A stretch of DNA of 64,000 nt from Octopus vulgaris (Eukaryota): the NCBI GenBank assembly GCA_951406725.2, contig OX597818.1, positions 60,450,001 to 60,514,000 on the forward strand, in the 5' to 3' direction. The position numbers and the translations under genes are program-made. Below, in pieces: positions 14,270-30,159 of the stretch (position 1 is the stretch's first letter; each line of letters starts with the position of its first letter). The notes under the pieces were generated by a model. It worked only from the letters and a program-made list of their open reading frames with translations. It ran no database searches and was not told where the DNA came from.

Positions 14270-14270
<1 letters not shown>
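13604..14270 (-). mobile_element. Non-coding (TAA)n-embedded element of about 510 bp with reiterated end
   Basis: Unique 13604-14114 between TAA tracts; its terminal segment is repeated at 14187-14254 and again at 14255-14270; strand inferred from neighbours. Confidence 0.6.
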
Positions 14271-14337
<67 letters not shown>

Positions 14338-14789
14338 GTTATTGTGGTTGTTGTTGTACTTGTTGTTGCTGGCATGGCGGCTATCTGGCAAAATCGTTAT
14401 TGCACCGGACAAAATTGCGCTTTATGTTCAGAGTTGAAATTTCGCCGAGGTCGACTTTGCCTTTCATCGTTTCGCGGTCGATAAAACATGTACCATTTGA
14501 AGAGTTGAATCGATGTAACCATCTCAGCAACCCACTAAAATGTTTGGCCTTCAGCCAAATTTTAAAACAATTATTTTTATCATTGATGACCAGAAGAAAG
14601 TGATGTTGCTCTCGTTTAACCTTTAATGAGCAAACTTATAACTAAAAGTATTCCAGTTGGATTATTCCGTCTTCTGTTCAGACAGGGTATTTAAGACTAG
14701 ATTTTCTGATGATTCTCCAGATTTAAGATGATAGGATGTAACTAGAGGGAGATTTGGTTTCTATTTCTAACAGTTAAAGCGTCTACATA

Positions 14790-15895
14790 ATCTTTTCTAC
14801 TCTACAGACATGGCCCGAAATTTTGAGGGAAGGGGCCAGTCAGTTAGATCGACCCTAGAATGCAAGTGGTACTTAATTTATCAACCCCGAAAGGATGAAA
14901 GGCAAAGTCGACCTCGGCGGAATTTGAACTCACAACGTAACTACAGACGAAATACCTATTTCTTTACTACCCACAAGGGGCTAAACATAGCGGAGACAAA
15001 CAAGGACAGACAAACAGATTAAGTCGATTACATCGACCCCAGTGTTTCAATGGTACTTAATTTATCGACCTCGAAAGGATGAAAGGCTAAGTCAACCTCG
15101 GCGGAATTTGAACTCACAACGTAACGGCAGACGAAATACCGTTAAGCATTTCGTCCGGAGTGCTAACGTTTCTGCCATCTCACCGCGTTCAAATATTCTT
15201 TTCTACGCTAGGCACAAGGCCCGAAATTTTGAAGGAAGGTGTCAGTCGAGTAGATCTACCTCAGTACGCAACTGGTACTTGATATATCGACCCCGAAATT
15301 ATGAAAGGCAAAGTCAACCTCGGTGAAATTTGAATTCAGAACGGAAAGATAGACGAAATACCTATCTCTTTACTACCCACAAGGGGCTAAACCCAGAGAG
15401 GACAAACAAGGACAGACACACGGATTAAGTCGATTATATTGACCCCAGTGCGTAACTGGTACTTATTTAAGCGACCCCGAAAGGATGAAATACCGCTAAG
15501 CATTTCGCCCGGCGTGCTAACGTGTCTGCCATCTCACCGCGTTCAAATATTCTTTTCTGCTCTAGGCACAAGGCCCGAAATTTTGAAGGAAGTTGTCAGT
15601 CGAGTAGATCGACCTCAGTACGCAACTGGTACTTGATATATCGACCCCGAAATGATGAAAGGCAAAGTCAACCTCGGCGAAATTTGAATTCAGAACGGAA
15701 AGATAGACGAAATACCTATTTCTTTACTACCCACAAGGGGCTAAACACAGAGAGGACAAACAAGGACAGACACACGGATTAAGTCGATTATATTGACCCC
15801 AGTGCGTAACTGGTACTTATTTAAGCGACCCCGAAAGGATGAAATACCGCTAAGCATTTCACCCGGCGTGCTAACGTGTCTGCCAGCTCGCCAGC
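14790..15895 (-). mobile_element. SINE family A tandem array including a 354-bp higher-order duplication
   Basis: gaaataccg(c/t)taagcatttc recurs at 15133, 15487 and 15841. Confidence 0.85.
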
Positions 15896-16164
15896 TTTAA
15901 AGCGATTATGTAATGATTCCAACATTGGTAATTGTGGTTAAATGGCAGGCAGATTGCCCATAATTGAGATCTGTAATCAAATACACGCTATCCGTGACCA
16001 TTTAGTCTGATTTTCTAGAAATTATATGTAGGATCTTATTATTGAAGGGAACCTTCCTTTAAGGAAACATGAGTGATTTGGTTCTATTTCTAGCAAGTTG
16101 ATTGACCACCTAAAGGCACCGGTTTTCGATCCTTCGCTTAGGCCAGCGTTTTTATCTTGTATCT

Positions 16165-16886
<722 letters not shown>

Positions 16887-16889
16887 CAA

Positions 16890-17111
16890 TAATAAATATT
16901 AGGGAATAAATCCAAATTTACAGGGAAAAAATCAGATTTAGGATTAAATCCAATTTTATAGTAAAATATTATATAATATTAATTCGAGACAAAACCACTA
17001 TTTTGCAAAACAAACTTGGAAAGACTTAATCAATACATCAACATTTTTTATATAAAGAAATATATTTATATGTTTGTTTTGCAAAATAGTGGTTTTGTCT
17101 CGAATTAATTT

Positions 17112-17177
<66 letters not shown>

Positions 17178-17710
17178 CTCAATAACACTATAGAAATAGT
17201 CAAATTTTCCCCAAGAACTTAGTTCAATTTGAAAACTCCACTAGAATGGACGAAAGCGCTAATATATGATATAAGTTATATGATGTATAAAAACATGTAA
17301 TATACAAATAAATATCTGTAAATATAATACCATTCGAATTTCTGAGTACCTCATTTCTTCTAATATAAAATACCTGTACATCATCTCCAAACATTCTAAT
17401 ATATATATATATAATATAATATCGGTGAGTTAAGTTAGAGGTTTAAAACAACCGTCTGAGGGATATTTGTATCCAGTGAATCTAATGGTGTATTTACCTA
17501 TATTTAATCGTGAGCGTTGGTGTTGATGATCATAAATGAAAGGTAATGAGAAAAATAAACTAAAGTTTATCAATATTCATGGAAAACAGAAAACGGAGAT
17601 ACAATTAATGGATAACAATTGATTTACATCAATTATCATTTATTAATTAATTACAAAAAGACAGAATCTCAACTTACAGCTGTTTCAGTTAGCATGACTT
17701 TCGATCCTAA
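16890..17710. mobile_element. Penelope-like LTR fragments in (TA)n with inverted repeat and degenerate HHR
   Basis: 16978-17015 is inverted at 17073-17110; UUGAAAA c UCCA cuagaa UGGA c GAAA GCGC UA at 17229-17261; cagctgtttc at 17678. Confidence 0.5.
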
Positions 17711-17868
17711 CCCGAGGCCCGAGGCCACGCAATGAGACCGAATCCGGAACCAAGCTTCTTACTACACAGCCACACTTGCACAGGAAATCAGAAGTTGCAA
17801 AACGGGCTTGTTAACCACACAGCCATATTTGCGTCTATTTTATGTTTGTTTTGTTTGGTCCTTCTCGG

Positions 17869-18142
17869 GCCATGCCTGGCTTATAAGGGCCGGTTTCACG
17901 GTTTCTTGGCGTATAGATTCCCCACCTGGACGGGACACCAGTCAGTCACAGGTAAGCTGCAAGGAGGAAAGATTGAGAGAAAGTTGTGGCAAGTCAGCAG
18001 AAGTTCGCCATTACCTTTTGCCAGAGCCGCATGGAGCTTAGGTGTTTTCGCTCATAAACACTCACATCACCCGGTCTGAGATTCGAACCCGCGGTCCCTC
18101 GACCGCGAGTCCGCTCCTCTAACCACTAGGCCATGTGCCTCT
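17869..18142 (-). mobile_element. tRNA-Arg-like SINE family C, tail type iv
   Basis: Head gcacatggcctagtggttagaggagcggactcgcggtcgaggg..gttcgaatctc; tail gactggtgtcccgtccaggtggg (V-SINE-like from memory). Confidence 0.75.
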
Positions 18143-18654
18143 ACATATTTGCGCCTATTTGTGGAAATGAATAACATTTCTCTGTCTTAAATATCATACA
18201 GAGTTTAATTCCTTCCTTTGCGCTCGGATCTCATTAAAGATGATTGACTGCTGAGCATGAAAAACAGAAACACCAATATTATAAAAGGTCCAGTAGTGGC
18301 GACTAAGATCCGCTCCTCACAATAACTACCCTCGTGTCTAAAGCCACCAAAACTTCTCCACATGTTCAGCTAAGCCGTTAATATCATTTTACAATTATTA
18401 TCAATAAAATTACGAATATTTGGTCTACTTTCTATTTCAATAAGATGAGATGGAATGTGGAAGAAATTATTCATGATTTCCGCTATTTTCATCATCTCAC
18501 AAATACAGGGAAGAAGTAGAGTGATTTTTATATTACTGTTCTTTAATAAAACTTCGTATCTCCAGGCTATATAGCGTTGGAAAACTTGCTCCCAGGACTT
18601 ATCTGAAATTTTGGAAATATAATTTATCAGCCAGTATTTTCAGTTCATGAAACT

Positions 18655-19350
<696 letters not shown>

Positions 19351-20067
19351 CGTAGTATGTAACACGTTGCCTGATTTCCCGTCGTAAATTTTATTGGAGT
19401 TGTAAATAGTGTGATGTGAAAGCCGGTGTAGATTTAGAAATATGTTATTTCTTCTATTTATTTATCTATTTCGAGTTTTTACTTTTGTTCGTACATTGGA
19501 ATTTCAAAATTTGCTGCACTTCGCTAATAGTCTGGCTATATATTTCTCAACTTTAAGGATCGATGAAACAGGAACAAATTCACAACTTGCGGATCGATAA
19601 AACAAGATCAATGCTATAATTTTTACATCAATGCTATAATTCTAACATTTGTGTCAAGAAGTGACAGAGGTTTATTTGTCTGGGTATGGGATATGGATTT
19701 GCAAAGGCGGTCAAATGCCAGACTAAATACATTTCTAAATATATTTTATTTTCGCTCTGCTAAGGTTCAAAATCCGTCAGGGTCGACATTGCTTCTCATC
19801 TCTAATAAAGTCAATAACACAAACACCGGATATGTATTTGAAGCAATTTGATCGGCTGTTTTCCTCCTCCTCCTTCTCCTCTTCCTCCTCTCCCTCCTCC
19901 TTATACCCATTTCTACTTTTGCAGCTTGCTCCTCCTTCTCCTCCCTCCCAAGAATATGTCTTCATGCCGCCTTTATGCATCATTGTCTGGGATTTCTTGA
20001 TTAAGAAAAATCATTAACGTCTGCCTTTTGCATTAAATCCCATTTGCTCTCTCTTTATTTATATATT

Positions 20068-20136
<69 letters not shown>

Positions 20137-20520
20137 ACAATTATAACGTAGTAATTGCCTCAGCCTCTATTATTTCTTCACAGAATGACTCCATCACCCG
20201 CTAACAGGTTTCACTCTACAATAATTAGCATTTGGATCGCGATATCGACAATACATACATACATACATATGATAGATAGGTAGATAGATGGATGGATGGA
20301 TAGAGATAGATAGATAGAGAGAGAGAGAGACAGAGAGAGAGAAAAAGAGAGGGAGATAGATAGACATATATATATAAAACAGGTATAACAGTTGAGTTCA
20401 AAAACTCAACCGGAACCAACGGTAAGCACTGCAACGTGGATCCGGCTATCATGTCACAAATATCGTTAAATTCGACGTAATTTAACCGGATGATTCCACT
20501 GTTTGTGTGTGCGTGTGTAT

Positions 20521-20581
<61 letters not shown>

Positions 20582-20631
20582 CATACATACATACATACAT
20601 ACATTCATATATATATATATGTATATATATA

Positions 20632-20681
<50 letters not shown>

Positions 20682-20699
20682 TATACTATATCTATCTTT

Positions 20700-21030
20700 T
20701 AATTGTGTCAGCCATTAGACTGAGGCCATACTGGAGCATCAGCGTGAAGAATATTACTTATATTATTTTGACTGCTGAATTATGGAGGACGTAAACAAAC
20801 CACTACCGGTTGTCAAGCGGGATTGAGGACAAACGCAAGCGCACAAATACGTGCACACACACACACACACACACACGGACTTTCTGTAGTTTCTTGCTAC
20901 CAAATCCACTCACAATGTTTTAGTCGATTCAAGGTTTTAGTAGAATACACTCGCCCAAGATGCCACGCAGTAGGACTGAACCCAGAACCATGTGGTTGAA
21001 AAGGAAACTCCTTAAAACTCTGACAGGCCT
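20700..21030 (-). mobile_element. SINE family B, diverged
   Basis: ctaccaaatccactcacaa...cccaagatgccacgcagtaggactgaaccc. Confidence 0.7.
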
Positions 21031-21200
21031 ACACCAATCTATATTCATGTTTCGGTCAGGTTTAGCGATACTAATAAGCTGGTGTGAGAACTCAGTATAA
21101 ATATGCCTCTGAACAGAGCGTTAGGTGATTACAGAGCATAATATGGAATTAATTGAATGACAAAAGAAAGGGAAATTATGCAATGAAATTCAATATCTTG

Positions 21201-21272
21201 CAGCTGTTTCTGCTATAAGATGTAGCACACTTAGAGCTGAGTGCTTGTGCATCACTTTATAGCTTCTTCGGA
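21201..21272 (-). ncRNA. Degenerate hammerhead-like motif with long stem II
   Basis: CCGAAGA a GCUAUAA..(hairpin)..UUAUAGC a GAAA CAGCUG; cleavage triplet not intact. Confidence 0.4.
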
Positions 21273-21782
21273 ACTTAAAAAATGAAGTTCACTTCTTTCT
21301 AAAGCTCCGAGGGAGCTATTGGCCGCTGACAACCAAGATAGAGCACCCTAGCTCTAGCTGCCTCCCACACAAGGGCAGACTATTTAATCTCTGCGACCTG
21401 TGTGGGCTACAGCTCATTCATGTTGGTCATGAAGACTCAATTTCAACCAAACTCAATCATATTTAGTTACCCCTGCGCAAAAACTGCTTCCGCTATTGTG
21501 TTCATGCTCCACCGATGACCGAGCCACTGATTCGCGCCGGTGTTCCAACTCATCCTGTATGGTACCCTATACAGGGAAGTAATGTCACTGAATATACCAC
21601 GCCGCAACTTGTCATCGAAATAGAGCCAACATCCTGTGGAACAGTCCGTTCGAACAAGTAGATCTAAAACTGGGTTCGAAATCTCTGTAGGACAGTGCCG
21701 CAGCATGGGGCTGTAGTCTGATGATCGAAACAAGTAAAAGATATGCATGCATACACAAACATAGGTATATGTGTGTGTATGT

Positions 21783-21841
<59 letters not shown>

Positions 21842-21872
21842 TGAGGGTACTACTATTCATAGATACCAACAC

Positions 21873-21909
<37 letters not shown>

Positions 21910-21918
21910 ATATATATG

Positions 21919-21964
<46 letters not shown>

Positions 21965-22256
21965 AGTATATATATATGTATATGTTTATATGTATATATC
22001 TATATATTCTGTCTCTAAATGTTAATGTTTTGGCGTAGCCACTGATGAGAACTCCGCCTAGCAAATTATTTTATTTGCTAAATAGAGCTTAAAACCTTGG
22101 TACGGCTGTAAAAAAAAAACTAAAAGTTTTTTTTAGTTTTCATTTCCTTCAAAATTGCTCTTAAATGTGGTTTTGGTCGTTTTTACTGCTTCTTCTAGCG
22201 TGTAAGGCTGCCTGCTAAAGGTTGCCTCTTTTGTGTTTAAATGTACACTAATATTA

Positions 22257-22467
22257 TATGGAGAATGTATATCATGTTGAATCGCTAGCTTCTGCACGCA
22301 TTTTTTTTTCTCTCCTTGTTTCTTTTCTGTGTATCTTTCTGTTGAAGAGCGTAGGCTCGAAACGTAAAAGACTTGTTTTATTTATATTCCTGAGCGCCAT
22401 GCTAATACAATTGTTTGTTTGTACTCCACCTGCCTTCGTCTTTTGTTTATTTTCATAAAGCTTCCCG

Positions 22468-22470
<3 letters not shown>
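22257..22470 (+). mobile_element. About 200-bp HHR-bearing Penelope-type mini-element (family P1)
   Basis: UCUUU-CUGUUGA a GAGC guag GCUC GAAA CG UA-AAAGA at about 22334-22371; ends in (TA)n; related copy at 38979-39157. Confidence 0.65.
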
Positions 22471-22514
<44 letters not shown>

Positions 22515-22540
22515 GCATATGTATATATATATATATAATA

Positions 22541-22583
<43 letters not shown>

Positions 22584-22614
22584 CTATTTTATATAATATG
22601 CCTATGTATATGTG

Positions 22615-22649
<35 letters not shown>

Positions 22650-22669
22650 AGTAGTAGTAGTAGTAGTAA

Positions 22670-22740
<71 letters not shown>

Positions 22741-24203
22741 ACTGAGCCATTACGCTGCAATACCGCATTGGCCCATGTTTTCGTTTACATGTTCATATCA
22801 GTTTTATATTAAATCAATCCAAAATTTCCAAATTAGAATTGCAACGAAAAGTTGGAGCCTCTGATAAAGACCAGCTCTTCACCTCACATTTATCAGTCTC
22901 GCTCCACACTAGAAAATGATTAGTTCCATAACAAAAATCAATCAAATTAATTACGAAAACCCTCATCATATAAAAGAAAATGACTACGTACCTCAGTATT
23001 TTGTCTCACAGAAAAACCTGAAAGTACCGCGATAGCGTAGCCAGAAATACGTAAGAAAGACTTGAACATTTCCTCCATATTTATTGCAGCTTATAATTGC
23101 TTATTGTCTAGCTTGTTTCTATCAGAGGAGACACATTCTCGATAGCACGTCTCTGAAGGCAATAATTTTCTAACTTCATTATTACTAACTCCTGAGCTGG
23201 TGTCCAGTTAAATTCGCTCCATAAACAGGACCGAGCGAAAGAGGCGTCAACATTGCGCAGAGAAATAATCTACGGAATATTATTGTTATTACTATTATTA
23301 TTATTATTATTGAAAAGATATTGATCTGTATTTAAATCATTATTTAGCAAGTGGCATTAATTGAAAAACTACGATGTTGCCGGGTTATCTAGCAAGTACA
23401 CAACAACTTTGTGTGTATGTCGGACAAATCGATACGAAACAACCAATTAATAATCGCATTGTCAGAACGAATAATGCAAGGTAAGTTGATAATATATAAT
23501 GCTAACGTTTTATCTATAAAGGGAAGTCTAGTGCAATACTTAACGACTGCATGTTTATAAAAGATCTGGCGTTTCTTAAAACATTCCCATAATTCCATTA
23601 CATCTGAGGCCGTTACAGCCAGAGCTAAATGGACATTTGAAGAAAACTACTGTTTCTTGGCGATAATGTCAGTGAGCCATTCGGCTTAGAGTTCTTTAAT
23701 GCTTCCACTGTTTATTATTTATAGTGGTGCTAGTTAGAAGAATTATTTATTATCCAATTGTGAAAATCTCAGAATAAATAATTTATATCCGGCTTTTTCC
23801 TTACACAACTTCCTATGTCTACTCCGAGAGTTAATTTTATCAAATTTTATGACGGACGTAGCACACGATCCGATGTTGGCACGATTTACTATTAACTTCG
23901 GAAATTTTATTGGCGACATCAATATATATTGGCCCTACAATTTCAAGTCTAGATGGATAATCTTAATTTCACTATCTACTTAGAATCTTTGCTAGAGAGA
24001 AACAATCTTATTTATAGTTCATCTTATTCGCTATGCTGCTTTTGTCGTTTTCTCCTCAATTTTCTATCTATAATTTGCATCGTCTATACAACATCTTTGC
24101 ATAACCCGGAAGCAAAACAATTTAAAGATCCATACACAAACACACCGCACACACAAACACACACACGCACACACACACAAACACGGACACAAACGTATTT
24201 ACG

Positions 24204-24248
<45 letters not shown>

Positions 24249-24281
24249 GTATGTATATGTATATGTATCTATATCTATATG

Positions 24282-24362
<81 letters not shown>

Positions 24363-24997
24363 GAACATATGTATATATGTATATATTTATATATATGAAC
24401 ATATGTATATATATATATATATATATATTTATGTATATGCTTCAATACAAACACATATACATACATACATACGTATATATATATATATATATATATATGC
24501 AAACATATTTATGTATATGCTTAAATACGAACACATATACATAAATATGTATATATAAACATACAGACATACAAACATACGTAGATATATATATATACAT
24601 AGTAACATGCACAGACTGCATACATGTGCGCAAGTATTCGAAATAAAAGCGTACGCTGCGCATACAGCTTTGCCATTTAAACCCACATATGTACATACAT
24701 ATACACACACACACACACGTACATGAATGCATAGATATATACAAGCATGTGCTTGTATATATGCTAAGTAAGCAAAAATCAGACATGATTACATGTAGAC
24801 ACAAATGTAATTACAGAAAAGAATACGATGAATGCATATTTTAACTCTGAAATTATGTAAAGCTACGCATTATTTCCTTCTAAGCATTGATATATACAGA
24901 TGTTTACATACGAATATAGGTGACTGTGCGTGCGTGTATGCTTGTGTATGCGTATGTATATACATACATATACACACACGCACATATATATATATTC

Positions 24998-25034
<37 letters not shown>

Positions 25035-25384
25035 TATATATATACACACACATATATATATATACATTGATTTATGCTTATACGGAAAATTAAATATCAA
25101 TTACTTTCATGCAATACATTGCGTGTTTGTCTCTATGTGTATATATGCATGCATGCATGTATGTATGTATGTATGTATGTGTATGTATGTATGTGTGTAT
25201 ATGTGTGTGTATATATGTACACCATACACTTACTCACACTATATTATGATTCAAGCGTAGCATATAACTGTATATATGTATATATGTATATATATATATG
25301 TATATGTATATATACATATACATATTCGTTTATATTTATGTATATACACACACACACACATATATATATACATATTCTTTTATT

Positions 25385-25665
25385 CTTTTACTTATTTCAG
25401 TCATTTGTCTCTGGCCATGCTGCAGCACCGCCTTTAGTCGAAACAATCGACCCCAGGACTTACTCTTTGTAAGCCTTGTGCTTATTTTATCGATATCCAT
25501 TGCCGAACCGCTAGGTTACGGGGACGTAACCACACCAACATCAGTTGTCAAGCGATGGTGGGGGAGCACAAACACAGGCACAAATACACCGTGTATATGT
25601 ATATATTTATGTATATGTATATATATATATATATATATACGTCGAGCTTCTTTCAGTTTCCGTGT
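25385..25665 (-). mobile_element. SINE family B, partial
   Basis: ggccatgctgcagcaccgcctttagtcg...gagcttctttcagtttccg. Confidence 0.75.
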
Positions 25666-25701
25666 ATATGTATATATTTATGTATATGTACATATATATA
25701 A

Positions 25702-26260
25702 ATAGTTATTCCTTCGAGTACACGAAAGGAATCGTGGAGGAATCACTGGGCAGGAATCCTACTCTTTTCAGCAAAGAAAAGAATTTGGGTTATGGAATGG
25801 TTTGAAAATGGCGTGTAGACTACGATGAGCTCATTCAACAAGTGAACGAGGTAAGTGCAAAGAATCACAAATGGGGCTCAGGTCGGCAACCATTATTTTC
25901 TGAGCTGGAAGACGACATCTGTGAATGGGTTGCTAAACAGGAGAGCAATGGGTTTGGTTGTTCGCAGAACTGATATTCAAGCATTGCCCTTGCAATGCAC
26001 CACAGTTTGGTACATTTCCAGAAGAACTCAAAACATTACAACACTGGCTGGATGGTTTCTTTCAGCAACATGTACTTTCTCTGAAAAGGTCGACAATACC
26101 GTTCAAACCGGAAGACACCGAGATTATTAAACGTGCACTTGCATTTAAGTCCTTTGTTTGCTATGGATGGAACTGCTGTGTTCATGGACCAAGGAACTCA
26201 ATCGACAATTGATCAAAGGGGTGCGTCGTCAATCTACATTCATTCCACAGTAATGACGCA
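25702..26260 (+). mobile_element. pogo/Tigger-type transposase relic (CENP-B-type HTH plus start of DDE domain)
   Basis: NSYSFEYTKGIVEE..KWR; LFSELEDDICEWVAK; RRAMGLVVRRTDIQA; QHWLDGFFQQHVLSLKRST; MDGTAVFMDQG (DET-like); multiple frameshifts. Confidence 0.8.
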
Positions 26261-28280
26261 GGGACCTACGGAAACATCAAATGCGTCTTGGCCTTCTTTG
26301 GCCTTGTCAGTGACGTGTACACCGTAGTCGCATGCCCGGATGTAATTTCCCCCTTCCCATATATAGCAAACAATGAATATATTCACTGATCTAGCGGAAA
26401 GCTTGCCGAGCTGAAAAAAAATTCGACGTACGCAAGGGAAATAACTACGAGTGTGTGTCTGTGTGTCTATGTGTGTTCGTGCATAGGTGGGTGGGTGAAT
26501 CCCACATTTAAAATATACTAATTAAAACCTTCGTGTCCGAGTTTTGATGTTATGCATATCTAACGTAATTTGGATAATGGACATTATCTAGTCATCATCA
26601 ATTATCTCTCCCAATTCTAATTATTTCCTTCAGAATAGAATCTTGATCTCCTTAAATTCAGCTTTAGCAATGTACCTTGCGTAAATGCTGGCAGTTTCCT
26701 TCAGTTTAATACTTTTATTTTTATTTCATTACTGTTTTATTGTTTTGTGTTTTTTAGCTCTTTTATGGCCGCCCCTTTCACCCTACTTTATGGCCATTCT
26801 TTATTTTATTAGTTTCTGTTTTTCATTCGATATCACTGTTTTTCATTTAAACCGTTTTATTGCTATTTTGTATTTGCTATTTCAACATGCATGTGTTTAT
26901 AAAGACCTTTTGTGGCATTAATGCCACTCCCATTTCGCTAATGCTTTGACTAGAAATGGCCTACCATTTTTCTTCTTCTTTTTAGTAATTCTCGGTAATG
27001 AAAAAAATTATCGTTTGCTTCAGAATCTCTTTTTTAAGCATGCATTGTTTCTGATAAAAATGGACATGGCTTTATCTAAAAACTGGAAAGCAACAGACAA
27101 ATATTTAGTTTTTAAAACTGGTGATGGTTCTGCATCTCACGTTCTCATATTTATCTTCAGCTTCTTCAATATGATTCCGTTTCATCTCCTTGCGATTTAT
27201 TTATTTCACATGTGATTCAAGTGACTCACCTCTATCTTCTTCATCCATTTCTTAAAGGCAGCTTGATATGCCAACCTAACAATCTTTTAATGAATATTGA
27301 CTGCACACAACCTAGGAAAACGTCGTTGCAGTCTGAATAGATTTTATTCCAGAGAAGAAGAAATTTTGTGTTATTTTTACTTCTCACCATGTATCTGTCA
27401 AATTTTGAATAGAATTAATGATATGGAAAAAATTTATGATGATCTACCTTTTTTCTTTTTTTGATCGCTGTATAATAAGATTAGATTTTCTTAGCTATAG
27501 TTGTATAGGTGACAACGAGCCAGTGATTTGAGCCAATGGTGGATCGCCTGTAGCTCTAATACTTCTAAGTATAAGAGTCATGCTTTGAAACTCGTTGTAG
27601 TGCGTTTTTTCTTCTTTAACAGCGTATATTCGTGTTAGCATTCGTTTTCAAAACAAGCCCGTTAATCAACAATGAAATTTCACTGCGGTGTCTACACTCC
27701 TTCGTTAATAAAATTGCTGGATAGGCAACAAAAGCTTTCATTTTCGCTACTTGCAGACGCACCTATAATCTGTATGTGGTACAATTTCTAAATATTCTAG
27801 ACACTCTTTCACAAGCAACCGACTACTTGCCCAGAAGTTTCACTTTCACTTCTGAAGCTGTTTATATTTAAAATATCAAATAAAAACAAATATTTCCTCT
27901 GTATAACAAGTAGCTAACAGGGCGTGACACTAATGCATGTCCGATATCAATAAGTTTAAAAGCCTTTCCACATTTGGTATCATATTTACTTTATTCAGTC
28001 TAAACTTTATAGCAGCTAAAGGTGTTAAACAGTGGAGAAGCTTTAACATTTTCGCCATTAACGCGCATTGTTTGTACAGTTGATAGTTACATACGAAAAT
28101 CTCTCCCAATATAGAATTTTAATATTACATTTCTCTCAACCTTTGTTTTTCTTTTGTGCCCATAGAGGGCACTAGAGTAGAGCGAAAGTTTCAAGGAACA
28201 CCTCCTGCCACCATTCACTTTTAAATCAAACGTTAATAAGGATTACATTGCACACCAGCAGTAGAGGTACCACATGATTT

Positions 28281-28360
<80 letters not shown>

Positions 28361-29131
28361 ATGTGTGCATATATATATGCATACATATATATATATGCTT
28401 ATCTATATGTATACAATATATATATATATATATATGTACACACACACATATATATACATATATATATAAATGCGAGTGTGTACATCCATACGAATGCGTA
28501 AGTACATGCTTGCACATATATGTAATCTCAAGGACGGACAAATCAAAAAGAACTCGTTACTTCCAGTAGAGTAAACATTTTCATAGTTTTTAATTACAGT
28601 TGGTTTATTTTCCATTACTCCAGGTTTCTCGTCGGTGAGGCAATCATCAGATGGTATAACGATTAAGAACGTCTTCTGTGAGAAAAAAGCAAGAAATAGC
28701 AAAAACATTTTCTTCGTTGCAACTCAGACGATTGCTTCTCCAACATAAATCTTGAAGTAATGGAAACGAAATCAGGTCTCATTACTAAAGTATATTAATT
28801 CTACGCGTTTACGTGTCTACGCACACACACATGCACATATACCAATGTTTGTATGCATGTAATGTATATTTATACGTATGTGTGTATTGCATAATTATAT
28901 GCGAAGTTATGTGTGTTTGCTACCTGAGTGGAAGACATTCTGCAAATTGCAAATCACACTTTAATACAATATACAATATTTCAAAAGAGAAGCAGGAAGA
29001 GAGAGCAGGAAAGGCGGCACTGATACATTATATATTTACCCTACTTCAATTTAATCATATGCTGCCGACTTGTATAAATTGCATGTTCTGGCTTCAGTCC
29101 AGGAAGAGCTCCTCATATATATATATATACG

Positions 29132-29162
<31 letters not shown>

Positions 29163-29372
29163 CACTTCGACTTTGTTATATATATATATATATATATATC
29201 ATATATATATATATATAATATAATATAATATAATATAATATATAATATATAATATATATGTAATATAATATATATATATGTATATGTATACATATATATT
29301 TATATACGTGCATACAGACACATATATATATCTGCTTATACATACAAACATTTATATATTTATGTATGTACC

Positions 29373-29431
<59 letters not shown>

Positions 29432-29714
29432 ATACATAATATATAGTATATATATATATGATATATAATATATAATATATATATGTATATGTATACATTT
29501 ATATTTATATAAATCAAGAGAGAGAGAGAGAGAGAAAGAAAGAAAAAAGCTATATATATATATATATCGAGAGAGAGAACGAGATAGAGAGAGAAAGAGA
29601 GAGAGAGACTTAAAGTTGAGCAGGTAATGGAGCAAAAGTAAGTATAAGGAATTTAGGCAATTCGATATACAAAACATACTTAATACATGTGACACAAAAA
29701 ATGTACATGTTTAC

Positions 29715-29946
29715 ATAGAATAGAAATGATATCAGAAATGAAAGGGTTTTAATAAGAGTTTACGAGTCCAACAGCTGCTTCTGAGGGGCTGGTAGTCTAA
29801 AAAAAAATGGTAAACTGATTCCGTCATCGGATGATACTAGCTCCATCTTCAGCGAAGAATTTTATATTTGAGGTGCTGTCAGAATTCAATTGGACTCGTA
29901 AAACTCTTATTCAACCCCTTAAATTCCTGATATCATTTCTATTCTG
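29715..29946. mobile_element. Penelope-like LTR fragment with inverted repeat and decayed long-stem HHR
   Basis: 29715-29772 is inverted at 29890-29946; minus strand CUGAAGA u GGAGCUAGUA...UACCAGCCCC uca GAAG CAGCUG UU at 29769-29853. Confidence 0.5.
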
Positions 29947-30159
29947 TTTAAATCGGACCTTTTTATATGTAAACAGACGTCCCCTTTTTTTACATTAAAT
30001 GTATTGAATATTTTCTATATATCGACTCGCCTAACTTGCTTATCCTTACATATATATATATATGTGTGTGTATGTTTGTGTGTGTGTGTGTGGGTATGTG
30101 TGTATATATACATATGTATAAATGTATATGTATATATGTATGTATATATATATATATAG

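Noticed and set aside
26900-27300. Acidic minus-strand peptide and a 16-bp palindrome gtggcattaatgccac, possible DNA transposon relic
   Set aside because: Interrupted by stops, with no diagnostic motif or termini
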